From contig CM082576.2 of assembly GCA_040954595.2 (NCBI GenBank), forward strand, positions 13,457,129 to 13,521,128: a stretch of 64,000 bases of DNA, given 5' to 3'. The translations under genes were made by a program, and so were the position numbers. A model generated the notes under the pieces. It saw nothing but the letters and a program-made list of their open reading frames with translations, ran no database searches and was not told where the DNA came from. Of the stretch, positions 27,714-43,607 are shown one piece after another (position 1 is the first letter of the stretch; each line of letters begins with the position of its first letter). Source of the DNA: Balanoglossus misakiensis. Its lineage: Eukaryota; Animalia; Hemichordata.

Positions 27714-30700
27714 TATTCGTTAATGGCGAGGCAGCATGAGAGAACTTATCAGGGTTGATGGTAGTTTTTGCTTGAAAGGTGGAGGGTGAATTTTCTATAC
27801 CACGGCGTACAGTTGGGTTTCTAATCGTTTGGCTTGTGGAAACCAGAAGGGAAAATATTGTGCAAAATCGCAGATAAACATGTCAACACGGCAGATACAA
27901 TTCGATAACGCTGAGATTTGTTCGCCGGAATGGGTCAGAGTAATTCTACGCGCGGCCCAGCCAACCAAACAGTAGAACTGTCTACCAGAAAAACAGCCTT
28001 TCAGATTATTATACAGAATGGAAAAGCTTTCGTTGCAAATTAAGCGTGGAGTGGGCCATGCCAGGCGCAAAAACCCAACGTTGCACTCAGGTCAGCTGAG
28101 GGGCTTCTCAATTTGCAGTCTTGCCACCGCCCTCTTTCCTCGCATTCCCAGAGTGAACGCGACGAGTCCTGCAGATTTGTGCTGTGCCTTGTTAAATCCA
28201 GTTGAAGGTTTTCCTAAATTTGAAACATGAAAAGTCCTTAATACTTGATTCCGAGTGATAACGTTGTGAAACAGGCAAACTTTCCTTCCTGTTTTTTGTG
28301 CGAGTTGACGTTCAAAACACGCCAGTTTGTAACCCCCCGATACCAAAAAGGAGACACCTTACACTGCCTTTCGATTGCGTCGTTAATTGCCTAAAATGTC
28401 TGCTTAATAATTTTGCTTTTGCGTTATTTTTATGGAAATACATCGGGTATTTTTAGCTGAGTAAACCAGAGTGTTCAAAGTTCGCCCTCACTGAAATCCC
28501 AGTTTCCTTAAAATGACACGACGGCTTGCCGCTTGGAGTTTTTTTGTCGCCAGGGCGCCGCCCAATCAACGAGAGTCGTCTTTCCTGAAACAAAAGGTTT
28601 ATTTTCCTCTTGAAACAATCATTTAAACAGTATGTATTTTCAATTAAAAGATATCGCCCGAAGTGCCGTTAATCGCTGATCTAGGTTTGCCTCATGTCGA
28701 CACAATATCCTCGTTGTGCTCGTCCGATGCTGTTATTGTACGGCAGCACTCACGATGTGCGGATTTTGGATATTATTTTTAAACGCGGTGTGTGGGAAAC
28801 TGACCCAAGAAAGTCTCATTTGGCATTACGGTCGAGGCTCTCGTCGTCTGGTGTCTTTTGTTCTTCCCCGGAATACCTTCCATTTAAGGTCCCGTCTACT
28901 CTCCAAACAAACCGGGAGTACACGTCTGTTTATGTGTCAACGATAGCAGTGAGACTTAACAGAGTTGTCTTTGAACTCCCACTGTTACTGTCCTACCTCC
29001 CTTCGCTTCCATAACTTTCGCAGCATTTAGGCGGGAAGACTATCACGCACGACAATTCTGAGTATCCGCCAAATCGCACTGGCGGCACCGCAGTCTTTTG
29101 CCGACAGTATGACGCGCGAAATGCTGACGAAGTCAGTGTTCGCGCGTGATTCCTCGGAAAGGCTGTCTCGGGGTACTCGGCCTTTTGTCGTGGGCGTGCG
29201 AGGCAATCTTTCCCCCCAAATCATTTCTTGTTCTTTGAAAAATAACTGTAGTACCAAAAAGTCAAAGTGTACGGTAATTTGTGTTGGTAATAAGCCAGTC
29301 AGTGCTATTCTTATTCGTTTCCTATAATAACATTTACCTTGCATTGTGAAATTGGGTTGCAGTATTGTGTAGCGGCATACAGCTTTAACCAGTGCATTAT
29401 TTCGCTTAGAATGGAGCCAGACGATTGTCCCCCCCCCCCTCTATTCGTCCACTCGCTCATTTTTGTTGCCCCTCCTCCAAAGGAAGAGCTCAATAATAAA
29501 AATTAGCGGCGTGAGCAAGGCTTTCTGTCAAGCTAACTGACACGTTATGGCGCACATGTTGTTTTCGGGTGTCTATCCTTTGTACGCGCCTTAATGTAAT
29601 CGGTGCGGCGGAGGTCAGTCTTTCATGTCGGCGAACAAAGGAGACGGGGTTTGTAGCTGAAGTTTCGGGGGCGCAGACGTTCCGTTCCTAAACAAGGTCC
29701 GCTGAGGAAACTGTAGTCTTCTGAAGTTTCATCATTATTTCTCGGATGAGAACAGTCGGAAGCAACAGGACACCGGTGGCTAACAGGTCTCTTGTGTGTT
29801 GGCTAGTTGTTAAAGATGGCGCTTAGGATCTGGGCCGGTTTGTTGTGATCTGTAAAAGAACAAAACAGTGGAATGGTCTGCCTTTCAAATGTTTAACACG
29901 GCAGTCGGTTTGACGATAAATGGTAGAATTAAATAACAACAAGATACGAAATAAATCTCTGCAGCTATATTTGTTTTGGTTAGTAAGCATAGTCGTTTTT
30001 TGAATTACATAGAATTACCGAGTTGAATGTTTTGAATCGCCGATTAACACGCCGAACATTTATTGGTTTTAGTAAGGGCGGACAAGAAAGGCAACTGCAT
30101 ATTAAATTCACATTACTTCAAATGCTTAGTTTAGGATGATTGTACCCAACACAAAGAACGTTAACCGTCTGCGGAGATCTTAATCCGTGGCTTAATTCGA
30201 GCTCGCTGCAGCGCTAATTTGGCGAAAAAGCGCGCGCACCAGTTCGACAGATTTTTGTCTGTAGTCAGTACGTCTGCATAAATGAGGACCAGTCTGCTTA
30301 TTTTCTGCAGTGAACAATAAAGGCACGCCAGACCCCCATCTCCAAGTTCGCTTGAGCAGAAAATTGGTTTACTCTTCTTGTCATGTTGGTGGGGGTCGTG
30401 TTTTAATTGAGGGACAATAAGAATGCAAAGATTGTAGGCTGCTGCGGATAGTGATGGAAGCCTCCCTCCTCAGGAAGTAAGGCAATCACTCCCTAAAAAA
30501 AGAGAGAATTTAGGGAAAAAAGAAAAACGAAAATGATCGCAGTAGGACCCAACATGAAAATGCCCGCGAAAAAAATGACTGACTTTTTTCTTCTTCTTGA
30601 TTTTCCGGCGTTCGGCAGCCCGCCTAAATGCAGAGCCTTACGCAAGAACAAAGACGGCTTAAACGGCCCGCCGAGAGACTTGGAACAAAAGTGCACGCTC

Positions 30701-33700
30701 GATTTCACTTTTGTATTCCCATAGATTGTCTGATAAATTTTTAACAACGGCGATAAACATGATTTGTCGAGGGAACTGTGGGGCTAAGCACGCTGCCAAA
30801 TCGCTAACAAAATGCAAGTGAGCTCCACAGCTAGTCTACAACTGACGAACCCTGAAAACTCGGGAGTTCTGTTAAGAGTTTTTTCCCCTTGATGTTTCAG
30901 CGTCGTTTCTGCTCCTTTCAGGAAATGAAAACAACTCGGATTCTGCTCCGGTGACAGTGACCGCATTAAAAAAAAAAATGAAAGTTCACCATAATTTATT
31001 CAGTTCGTTCTGGAATATTAAACACCGGAATTGTTGTCTTTTCATTGGTTTTGGATGAACATTTAAAAGGATGCATTCATATCAGTTAAAGTGATCCATC
31101 CCGAGTCAAAAGCGAATTTAATCTGAACAGTGGTGGTGGTGGTGGGTGCAAGGGGGGGGGGGGGGTCGTTTGTTTTGTGAAGTACGGTGCGCATATTGGT
31201 GCCTGGGTGTGTTGGTTCTGAGTTCAAACGATTCCAGAAGGAACAATTAAGGTATAGCAGACAACGCTCACGCGGGAAGACGTTGTAAACAGCGGGATTT
31301 GCGTGTGTTTGGTTACATTGGGTCGGCAACGATACCGTCATTCATAGCATCATGCGCGCATTCTTCACTCCTTGTTACCGCGCTCCTCGCCCAGTGCGTA
31401 TATTGTACCAGAAAGTATGTGGGGTAGGGGAGTGACTGGACCAATCGCTATGCTTTTTTTTATATGCATATTGAATTGCATCCGACGTGTACAACACATT
31501 TATACACTCCATTTACGTTCGGCGTGCAAACTCATGTCCCATAGCCGCGAACCCATTTCGGGAAACCCAAGAAACGTGACTTTTTGACGATTTGGAGAGG
31601 GTATCCCTTTTCTATATTTGTACGCTGTGTGTTTGGTTTCGATGTTCACTGTTTGAACCACCTCGGCTCGGCGCTATTTCATTCGTCTAAATATTGTCTG
31701 ACATGTTATTCGGTATGTTCGTAATCTCATGAATCAGCCTCACCGTTCGCATAAAATATTAAAATTCTTCGAGAATTGGGGAAAAGGGGGGGTTTCCGTA
31801 TACCTGCTGCATATGTGAAAGTGGAGCCTGCCACGATTGAAGTTCGAAAACAATAAAACTAGAGGGACTCATAATTCTCGAGTCAATATTGGAATTTTCA
31901 TGACAAAGACTCGTCGTTTTCTGCACTCTGGTGGAACACGGCAAAAGGTACATTTCAGCCGTCGCATTTGTTTCGAGTGTTTCACAAATGCGCGAAATGA
32001 ACACAGACACACGCATTTTAGTTTACACTGCGTCCTTCGTCAATATGCAGAACCAACAAGTAAAATACTAACCGGCCTGCTTACAAGTATATTTATTTTT
32101 GTGCCCCTCGCTTCCAAGTAAATGTATAGGATTCAAAATTATATATATGATAAAAATTAAATAAAATTAGCTTTATTTGGACTCCCGCTGATAGAGACAT
32201 TTGCATAATTAGCAGTATTATTCAAAGTGGCTTATGCGGCAACACGGTTGGGAGCAATTTTTAATAATGATTTCAAGTCGAGGCGTGTTCTTAAGAGCTG
32301 CAATGGACCAAAAATGAAAATACAACAATCATTGCATCACTGGCTTTGATCTTTGAATTTTTGCAAGAAAATTTCACAATTAACAGTTAACGCAATCGAG
32401 ATAAATATGTAAATGTAGTGGAAGTTGTTTTTTTTTTTTAATTATTTCAAAATGATGTTCTAGTTGCGGGATGATATTTCGTAACACCGCAAGTAAATTA
32501 ATGCGTTGCTAAATTGGAAAGAAGTGTTCAGCTTTTGGAGTGGTTCCCACCAAATTGACCGTAATACAATCCTAGTTTGTGGGCTCCTTCGTTCGAAACT
32601 CTCGGGACTGACCTCCGGTGTGTTACTCTCTGCATCTACCTCTCTTCAGTGGATCCGTCAGGCCATAATTAAAAAAAAAGAAATACGAAATTCCTGTGTT
32701 CGAAATCAATTCTTCCATCTTTTCCGACCTACATTTCCAATGACCTTTTTTTTATTTATTTCCCGCCTCCAAATATTAGAAAGACGAACGAGCGAGCACA
32801 ATTGGAGGACCACGTTTCAGTTATTTCTTTAATTTAAAATTCTATGGCTTGGAGACTGTATGCTGGGTTGCCCTGGGTCCTTCCCCAATCAACGTATGCT
32901 GAGTAGCCAGAGATTAACCGTCATGGTGGATGTTTCTTCTTGATATTGTGTCAGATGGTTTCATGAAGGCTCGATTCTGTGAAATTCAACTCCTTAATAT
33001 CGGGTACCGCCTGTGTGGCAGTGTTAGAAAAGGGGCTGCCCTGGTCTAGACGGGATGACAATACAACAACCCCGTGTTTTTCAACGGACGTGCTATTTTT
33101 GAAACTTTCAACAGACACAGTTTGTTGCGGAACTATTTGTCCATTGATCAAAAAATTTGCCAGAAATTGTCCTGGTCGGTGGCTGACTCGTGAAAAATAC
33201 AAAAATATCGGGGCGCTATTGAATGCATACATTGCAATATGACAAATGTGTTTGCGTGATCGTATATTATTAATTATGAATGGTGGTTCTAAATTAAGTG
33301 TTGAGAGTACATTTTGCACTGAAGTCAAGAAAATGTCAACCCCGGCCCAGCATTGTCCCAACAATAGTCTATAGCATACAGCTTCGATTATAAATAATCT
33401 TGAATACCTCTTCAGAAAATATTACTTTTGTCCACCCCTGTCATATTTTCAACAAATACAATTATTGTTGTAAATAAGTAAAATTCAAGTCTATATATAA
33501 ACGTAAGAAAATCGGGCGCTGGTAGGCAGTAATGGGACCAGGATTGTTATTTACTTAACTATTAAAACTTGCCGGCTTCTTAAGAACCACCCAACCTCGT
33601 ACCAGAGAGAATTTTTCGAGTCCCAAGATAAGATTCTTGAAAGAGGGTGAATTTTTTGTTGTACATTTTTTCAGGCATTTCATGGTGTCCTGGGCGATAT

Positions 33701-36700
33701 TAGATCCCACTTTTGATTTTATGTATTTTTTTAAATTATGAATATTGTCAAATTTACTGGCTATTTGTAGTTTTTTCGAACAGATAATAAGCGAGGAATG
33801 GAAACGCATAATTTCAGGTGCCTTCTGGTACTTTTCCTGTTGGCGGTGACTGTGAAACAAGCGTTTCACCAACTAGCCCGCCAAGGCGACCCCCGGTTAA
33901 CAGTTTGTTTGTTTCTGTACTCGACTGGGGGAAGCTGAGATCATCGCAAAGGTCAAACACCCTTAACTGAAAATTAGAAATTATCAGCAGATGGTGAACT
34001 CGTCAAGGAAGCCGTTTATCGTGCCTGCAGACTCGGCGAAAGAGGAGAGCCGAGGTTTTAAAACTGCCATCGTGGAATGTTGTAGTGTCACACGATACCA
34101 AACAAGACCCACTTAAGTTGGGTAGATAACGAGGCTCCCTAAAACAATCGACAATTACTCCCTTATCTAGACAGAAAAAACCTCTCGCTGCTTTTTGGAG
34201 CGAGTTTCCACGGAATGAGAAGAAGAAAAAAAAATGACAGAACGTGCACTAGTTATTCGCATCGGTGTCGGTATCAGAAATTTCTAAGTAGGTGGTAGAC
34301 AGTGCAGCGTCGAGTCTACCAACTAGAAATAATTTGCGCCTATTTGATTACACTTAAGGGAGGCGCGGGTGATATTCTAAGCTGACTCGGTAAAATTATC
34401 TCCACGTCCAAGACTTCAGGTAACTTGCGGGGAAATATAGCCATACTCTCCGCTGCCCTATTTATAGCGCTGAGTGCGGACATTTCAGGACACGACCGCT
34501 CAGATGATCACTCAGATTAGTAACTTCACCTTATCGGGACATCTATTATCCACACAAACAAAAACAGAATGTTGTTAGTCCTACATTTGCTTTTAGTTTG
34601 TTCAGGAAAGTCTCCTTCCGTATATAAACTGAAAGTCGAAATTCCCAGGACCAGTGACAGTTCAATAAATTCTGCAGAGCGGAGCGCCCGTTTGAACTTA
34701 GGTGATATACGCACCTTTCCCCCACTGTAGCGGCAGCAGCGCGTAATCACCTCGTCAGGCTTGAAGTAAGTTAGTCTTCGCAATGTCTATGAAGCACTCA
34801 TCGCAGTCAACAACTGAAATTTATTTGATTGAGTGAATCAGGCGTTAATAAACCCTGAGAAATCTGACGGAGTGGTACAGGCGAGTGTGCAAGGAGGCCG
34901 TACTTTGGCAGGCGTTCGTGGCAGCAGAAAAAAAAATCAACTCGGATCAGGCGTACAATGAGTCGAATTAGAGGTTAGGTGGCGGTAATTACATGGCCGC
35001 ATTGGTGACTATTGTTGGTATGACTGCATATCCAACCCCTTCTATGTATTTCACAAGGGTACTCAAAGTCACCAGTGAAAACCAGTTATTAACCGCATCG
35101 CCTTCTCGATACGGTCAGGAAAAAAGAATGCAGTCCCGGGTTATGACACGCGTCAGGCGACGCTGACACGGTATATAGTACTGCGTGTTTCCAAGCAAAT
35201 ATCATCAGCCGTCCCCGCGCAGGAAAGCCATGGACCCAACGTTTCAGAACCCACCGGTCGCCCGCCTGTGTGATATGATCGAAACTTTAATCTTGACGAA
35301 ATGTATAGTTGCACCGGTGATCTTTTAGCGTCATTTCCCAACAACTGCACTTTTGTCTGATCGGACCAAAGCCTCTGGGATGGCCGCACAAATAAACCTA
35401 GTTGCCCCATACGCTTTTAATATTATCGCTATATATAGAAATTTTTACCCCCGCCTGGATGGTAACACTCAACATGTCGGTCACATGACGAATAATGCAT
35501 TGATGATAAAAAAGAACGATACTGCGGGAGTTAAATAATAGCACTTGTGAAAAAAAATTCAATGGGAAATTTCTATATGGTACTGGAGGGACATTTTTCT
35601 GTCTGTCAGTTATACATCAAGGCTGCGTCGTTCATTTGCGAGTGTATTTCGGTAGCGCTGTTTGCACTCCACCATATTTGCCTGCACAAACACATCTCTT
35701 AAGCACCACGACAAAAAGTGGGCAAACAAGATTCGTTTTAGGGACGCCGCGGATATGTGGCTGGTTGTGAATAGTTGCCCTGAACGGAGAGAGAGGGGGG
35801 GGGGATGAAAATCCTGTATGGTGAAGGTCACCTATAATTCACTACGTTTGCCCCCCCCCCCCGAAATAAAAAAAAATGTTGCTGGCTTTTTTTGTCCTGG
35901 TGTACACTCCACTCTCGATTCATTCAAGTGACGTTTGTTTTTAGATGGTGAAAACCCAAGCAGTGATAAGCTACCCTGTGTACACGCTCAAACAAAACCT
36001 TGAGAGTTGAGTGTATGTTTTTCCGGATGATGATGATGTGTTTGTGCGTCGACCCTCTCTCTCTCCCCCTTTCTTAAGCCGTCGCTGGAGATCTCCTTCG
36101 CCGGGGCATTGTGTCCGGAGAAGAAAGCCGGGTACCTAACACCGGCCAAGTCGATCTGCCCCGGGGCACGACGGCGGTAAAATAATAAGATTGGCGAGAA
36201 AACTCTCTGCCAATGGAGAACGGAAAAGGAGGGCTTGTTGTTGTAAGCAAACAAAAAACGAGTTAAAGGGATTTAGACGTTTTGGAGGCCAACACTTGGA
36301 GAAAAGAGGAAAGCCCGAGGTGCTGTGCTGATGCCATTTTGGCAGCGTGTGTGGCATCAGAGTATTTTTTGTACCTTTACTACGTCTGTATTAGTTTACA
36401 GAACCTAGCAGAAGAATTCCAGTTTCTTTGTTTTATTTCTAGTGAACCCAAAAAAACTCGGGGAATTGTGTGACTATAGTACACCCCGCTCACTCAATGC
36501 TCAGTGCCATTCACAATAATACGCGTTGATTAGGGGTGGTCACAAACCCATTTCTTATGCAGGGCGACGCTCTCCTAGCATATGTCGAACGCTTATATTA
36601 TTGTGTAGTTATGTATAATTTAGTAAAATTCAACACTATCAGGCTACGCGAACTGACGAAGCAGAAAACGGGCCGGGGCTCGCAGCCGGTAATCGCGTCG

Positions 36701-39700
36701 CCCCTCGCATTCAGCGCGCGCAAACTCATTATCGGGTCCCATCGGAACTCCGACGAAACCCATCCTCGTTACGGAGCTATAGATGCATGGACTCGAAATT
36801 AGCATATTAATAAACGACACTTTTGGATTATGACTTCGATCTTCTTGCCCAAAAGGCGTATTCCTACGCGTTCTGTGAGTTTGCCCCCTTTTTTCCTTTG
36901 TAAGGTTTCGTCGAATTTGGCAAATTCGGATACATACAAGCCGCTGCAGAAAAAAACGCTTTAATTCCTCGTCAGATGTAATGAAATTATGCTATATACC
37001 ATGTTGGGCTTTCAAATGGCTTCCCCCCTTAACTGTACTAATATTGTTACCGAGAGAAATTTCGGCGAGCAAGGGCGAAATTTTGCTGTGGAACTATTAT
37101 CGCCCATAATCGTTATGTCTGTCCGGGCTTTGGGAGAACAAAGGGCACGCACAGAATAATACTGTACTTATATATATAGTCGGGGAAGTAAAGGTTTCAA
37201 AACCTCAAATCCGCTCCGCTCTCACTAACCACAATTTCCAACCAAGCAACTCCACCGAAATTCAAAATATTGCAAAAAATGGAAAAGTGCGTATTTTGGG
37301 TTATTAAACACTTGAAATTTCGACATAGATCGTAACCTGTCTCGCGAGAGTTGGTTAATGTAATGTAATGTAGTTGTAAATGTTTTTTGGCTGTGCCTGG
37401 GTTTGCCCCGTTGTCCATCCGCATCCAAGGGCTTCGCGATCGTCGACGGTTCCCCCCTTTCCTTTTGCACTCCCCGACGCCGTGGACCTCCGCCTAATCG
37501 TATTATTTTGGCATCTTTCGCTGCAGGCATGTTAGTCAATTTTGGAGTTGTAATTTGTGCTTTTAAAACTCGTGTTCCATTTGTGGCTAATCTATTCACT
37601 AACGTAATTGAATGAAATTTTTACTGAGCCCAGAGTGCCGCACTTGTTAGGGTGCTCGGGCTCTGCCTTCACTTCGCGGACGCTGCTTCACTCACTTGAT
37701 CCGGGCACGGCTGATATCGGACAAAACTACTCGTATTGATCCGCGGTGTGAATTCTAAATCTCTGCCCCCCCCCCCCCCCCACTCTCCAGCTGTGTTTGC
37801 ACGTTATTAATGGACAAAAATATGCCTTTAAATACCCCAGAAATCTTTATTAGGAACTAAATTGCTTCTAATGAAGTTACTTTTTCAGGGTGCTTAATTG
37901 CCCGTATTGTCTGCTGGCCATAGTTGGATTTTGTATTCTTTAAAACAATGTTAGTATAACAGGAGAAAAAAACGCACAACCAACATACTTTCCGTGCAAT
38001 TCCAGAATAGTCATTTTGTCTCTAAAATCTTAGCATCAACAGTCACAGATTCATGGATATTTTTCTGCCAAAATTTTGTTCGAAGAACTGGGGGAAAGTA
38101 CTCTAACTAAACTGTTAAATCTCGCCTCTTGATATTATGCTGATGACAGCCTCCTCGTGGACGATCCCCCATCGCCCGCCCTGCCGTCCATTAGCAGAAA
38201 CACGATAGTCCAACCCCATATTCCGACTCCCGCGCCCGTGTGTTCCAGTCAGACCTCTCAAAATGTCGGCGAAATCCTCCCAAAATTTCCGATAAAAATC
38301 ACTCGCCACACTTGCATGCCCATCTAATACACAGGCAAGAAGGTTTAAACAACCGAAAAAATACAAAACAAAACCCAATTGTACGGGGGTTGGCCTTTAT
38401 TCAGTGTACAAAGAAGCGCACTGACATGCACCGATATTTTTTTTTTTCGATTGGAGTCGGTAGCTCGTGAGTGGTGCTGAAATTGACGGTAACAGAAGAG
38501 CTGTCGGGTTGGCTGTATGCGATTGCCGCCAAACGAACTTATCATGTTTTCCCCTCGGCTACAAACTATCGAATTTAACTTATACTTTCAGAAATTATCA
38601 ATGCTTGATCAAAACTGGGGATAATTTAGGGTAGGGGCAAGCGCGAAGTCTATGGGAGGATGCGCTGGAACCGGCGGTCGTCAAGCGTATCGGGTGATTC
38701 CTCTATAACATCCCCGGGTTCACATGTACGGGTGAGACGGATAGTATGTAATAGATAATAATTTTCTATCTGTTGTTTTAATATGTATGATAACACGATG
38801 CTCCCACCGCGTGGATACTCCAGCAGCTGCCCCAAGACCCGCGCTGCCCTCTCCCATGTCTGCAGCACGTTCCAAAAAAACTTCCCAAATTAAAAATTAA
38901 GTCAGCCAAGTCTCAATTTCGCATTTTTGGCCATGACTAGAATCGTTGCGATTCGGAGCGTCTTCCCGCGAGGTCGCGCATTATCACCGTCCATGTTAAA
39001 TCGCTGCCGTGTATAAGCAGACACACAGCTAGCAGGCAGGAAAAAAATTGAATATGAAGTTAAGAAGGCACTCCGGTAATGTCCCTCTACGTAAGCTATA
39101 CGCACTAATGTTGATATTCCATCGCTTGAAGGTGAAACCTTTTTACATGATATATAATAATAGCATTTGCCATGAAAGTCAAGCTTGTCTATACCGTCAC
39201 CAGATTCCCCCTTAAACTCGTCGCATCACAAAAGACGGACGACTTTTCTGGGGAATTTTTTTTAGCACGGAACGAACCTGGGTTTTTTCCCCAGCAGGTT
39301 CCGCACTGATCAATATTGTCGGCGTTATACTTTAATCGTATTAGTAATTTAAAATAAAAGTGTTAGCGCTAATGAAATAATGTAGGAGCTTGAAGTGATG
39401 ACTATCAAAGAAGAGACAAAACACACACCGATTAACCCCGTGCGCGCACACACACACACCCATTGGAAAAATGGAAATCCATCCAAAGGCTGCCCTATTC
39501 CCAGTTGCGTTTCACGAAGGCGGGAAAAGAGCTGAATGTAAGCTCCAAGGAATAGGTCTGTATGATGGCGAGTTAAAGACAAATCGAGCGTTGCTAATGC
39601 TCCGACGTGTAGGATGAATCAGTTGTATTTACACTGATTGCAGCTGTCTTTAAGATTGCAAGGCGATAGGGTCGTCTTGACTTTGTCAAAACTGTTGTCT

Positions 39701-40854
39701 TACACGCGAACCGCTGCTAACACAAATGTCTAATCGAGCGGCAATTTTCTCCTGTTGAAATTTTCTACTCTCTAAACGCACCCCGGTTCGTTTACCCCTT
39801 TCATTGACATCGCTAATCACAAATAGACACCAAATCTCCCCAAAAGACAAATTTGTGTTCCGAGTCATTACATTTATTCAATTATCAATAAGGATAAAGC
39901 TTTTCAATTTGAGCCTGACGTTAAATTGTTAGTTTGTTTTTCTCTACTCAACCAAACCTCCCTCCCTCCTCGCGCCCATTGCGCGCGGGGATTATGAGTT
40001 TCGCTATTCGACGATGAATGCCTGAACACTTCTGCCGGGAAATGGGGGAAATAATTCCGATATATCCAAGTAATCTTCGCCGTAGCCGTTCTATAATTCT
40101 TCGGGGGATGATTTCCACGCAAGTCGCGGCGCGGGAGTGTAAAATCCAAACCCAATTTTATTTTCGTGTAAATTATCGGTTGATTATTTGAGAGCGTTTC
40201 GGTGTTTAACCCAGTTATGACATCTGAAAAGAAATTGATGATGATTAGGATATTGGTGGAAACTTAAACCCCGTGTTCTTGAAACTGAAAAGTTTGTTAC
40301 TTTCCACAAGTCTTGAATTCATGGTTTCCAGTTTTGGAACTCGAACGTTGGTATCGTTGTACCAAAGTGCGGGGAAATCAACGGTTTGCACGAGTCATCT
40401 CAACGTTAATAACCGTTACGGTATGGCATAATATGACAAATGGTGACACAATTAATTGACATTTGCTTCGTGGACTGGCATCACTGTAGTACAGTATTGT
40501 TCATTTGCGAAATATTCTTCTTCATGTACAAGAAGATGAAAAAATGCCGTGAATAGTTTCTTCAGTTTCGACTCTCCGTCTGCAAGGTCGGGAAAGCTAT
40601 TGTTTGATGCGAACAAAGAAATCGGTCGCTTTTTCAATATTTATTACCAGAATGAGAAGCCTGACGATCTGCGCTTTGTTCATAATTTAGTTGTGTTTCA
40701 CTGTGAGCGTCACACCCAGATAGAGTCTTCCATTTTCACGGGGCATTGATTAATAGATAAACAGACGGGTCGACAATGTGAGAATGTGAATTAGACATGA
40801 CCACCAGATAGACTTATAGTATCTCCATCGTTTCTCTCAGATCTGGATCTCTGT

Positions 40855-41024
<170 letters not shown>

Positions 41025-43607
41025 TCTCCCCTACGTTTCAGAGGAAGAAGAAAAGAAGAAACGAAATAATACTTTAATTATTTCTTTATTCGTGGATTTT
41101 TTTAGAATACTTTATGCAGTTGCAAGTTTAACAGAGAACTTGTTCAATTGCCACTTTTTTCATTTTATTAATCAAATATTTGAATATGTTGCCCGAACAT
41201 TGAAATCAACGCGTTATATTGCCATTAATACGTGCAAGAAAAAAAAGTCGTGAAATACTGCAAATGGTTAATTTTCAATTGAAAGTTATGAAGTACAACA
41301 GTTGTCAATTGGCTGATGCTTGTCTGGTGTGATGGTTCCGAGCATCTTGTTGAAATCGAAGGCTGAAGTATTGCTTTGTGATTGTGTCTTGATTGTTCTG
41401 CGCTGACTATTGGCAGCGTCTTTTCACCGAGTGGTGTGAGATATACTAGTAGATATCGGTCTTCTTTGTCTTCTTCCCGAGTGCATCGCTTTCGTGATTC
41501 AGTCAAAATTCAGACAGTAAATTTGGGGAAAATTATAATGGTTTGAATGAGAGAGAAAAAACCCACACAAGTATGTGCACAGTTTGAGTCTATTCTGACG
41601 GACAGTGTTTATATAAACTAAACCACAAAAGAATAGATGGCCCTACTGAAGGAAAAAAGGTGCGAGTATAGCTCGCAGCATTCCCGCCTGGCACGCAGGG
41701 AATAAATTCGGGTGGATGATGTAAGGGTTGTCAGTCGTCTACTAGTACGCTTGACATAACTTGATCAGTTGTTGTAGGACCATCAAGCTGGCCGCCGAGA
41801 GCCATTACGCGTCCCCACTAACAAGAAGTTTATCAACAACGATAAACAATGGCTCCGTCGAAAGGCTGCGCGCATGCGTGGCAGTCCGGGCAACATGACG
41901 GTCGGTCGCGCGGTCACTTCGCGGGAAAACAAAAGATGACGACAACTGGAAGATGATTTGCTCGGGCGAGCATGAGCAACAACACCTCACCACTGTTACT
42001 GCTCTGATGTAAGAGGTTTGACAAAGAGAGGGCAGATATTGGATTTAGCTCGTTTAAAATAGGCCACATTTTATAGCCGCCATACAGTCGGGACCCTGCC
42101 CTGCAAATAAAAATGTAAGCCCCGGATAGCATTCCACAGCTCGTTATATGGAGATTTACTGCCCCATCATCGTCTGCTCCGTCCGAGCCACTATCATCGC
42201 AGTCTGCCGTATTTTCGTCATATTCCAGGCCCCCTTTTTCAGAAGTTCCACGAGCTTGGTAAAAAAAATCGTTGTGCAATTCTCTTTTGGCTGCGGAGAA
42301 TGCGAAGAGGATGACTGCAGACCAGAGCTCAAAACTCAGTTTAATGAAGTTAGCCTGAACGGTAAACAACAACAACAACAACAATAACAATAATAATGGT
42401 AATAAAATTATGTAGAGGAAAACCGGAAAGGATGGGTTTCATATACCCGTATTAATAGAAGCGGAAAATCGCATCAGTAAGATTTCATGACATTAGAACA
42501 GTCCACTTTGTTTTAGTAAATGGCGATTAAGATTCTGCCAGGTTTCAATAAATAAAACCAGATTCACAAGAGATGGTCAGACAAAGAAGAAATTGTATTA
42601 TTCCTGGGATTCTTCGGCTACGGAACACAGGTGTTAAAAGATTAAAATGTATTGGTAATATTAAATGTGATCGTAACTTATATCAGTTGGATATTGCCGT
42701 TTTGTGCAAGACAAAAGTTCAAAGTTCAAGTGAATCAGAGACCATTGCCACTGATAAGACTTCGAAAATACAACGTGGCAATTTCAACCCCCCCCCCCCC
42801 CAAAAAAAAGGAAAACGTAGAAGTTGGGATTCCGAGAAATAATCTTCCTGGCCTTATTGAAATTTTACATTTCATTAATGTTTGGTATATTCAGCAAAAT
42901 TATAAATGTTTAGAACTTTGACTGGATAATATTGAGTCTATAAAAAAATTCTAGTCGAATTTCGATTTTGTCGTTTATGAGCAGTATTCTCCATTTCGTG
43001 CGAGAGGGCTGGCTCCAATAAAATTTACATAATGTGAACAATAAGTAATTCTATACTCTTAGACCCCTCTCGGCAAATGGAATTAAAACATGTCAATACT
43101 GACGACTACAGTTTTGCACTGAAACTGCATTCACACAAAGCAAAGTAGAAGTAATAAAGTCACCGGTTGTCACAACAAGAACGGCGGTCAAAGGATAAGC
43201 GTTTGCAAAAGTTCTTTGTCATGGCAAGGTAAGTTTCTCGCCACTGAGAGACGTCCGCTCTGTCAGCCATTAGAGAAAAAAAAACACCCAGCAACGCCTG
43301 CCAGCGTGGAGACACCGTCGACGCCAGTTACAGCACTGAAGTGTCAGGGCCTACAGTAATATCATATTTTCATAGCTGTGTGCTGTGCGCCGGTGACGAT
43401 AAACCATGCAATTCTGCGAACCGCTAGAAGAACATGGTGAGATGGACGCGCTTTTCGCTATAGACGCAGACAGCACGACCAGACAAATAATGGTATTATG
43501 TTTTTAAAAAAAAAGAATATGTGCGATGGGGTGCGTTCGAACACCTTATCAGAGACTTGCGATGACGGCTGTGCGCTGGCAAGCGCAAATGCTCATGGTC
43601 GTATTAA

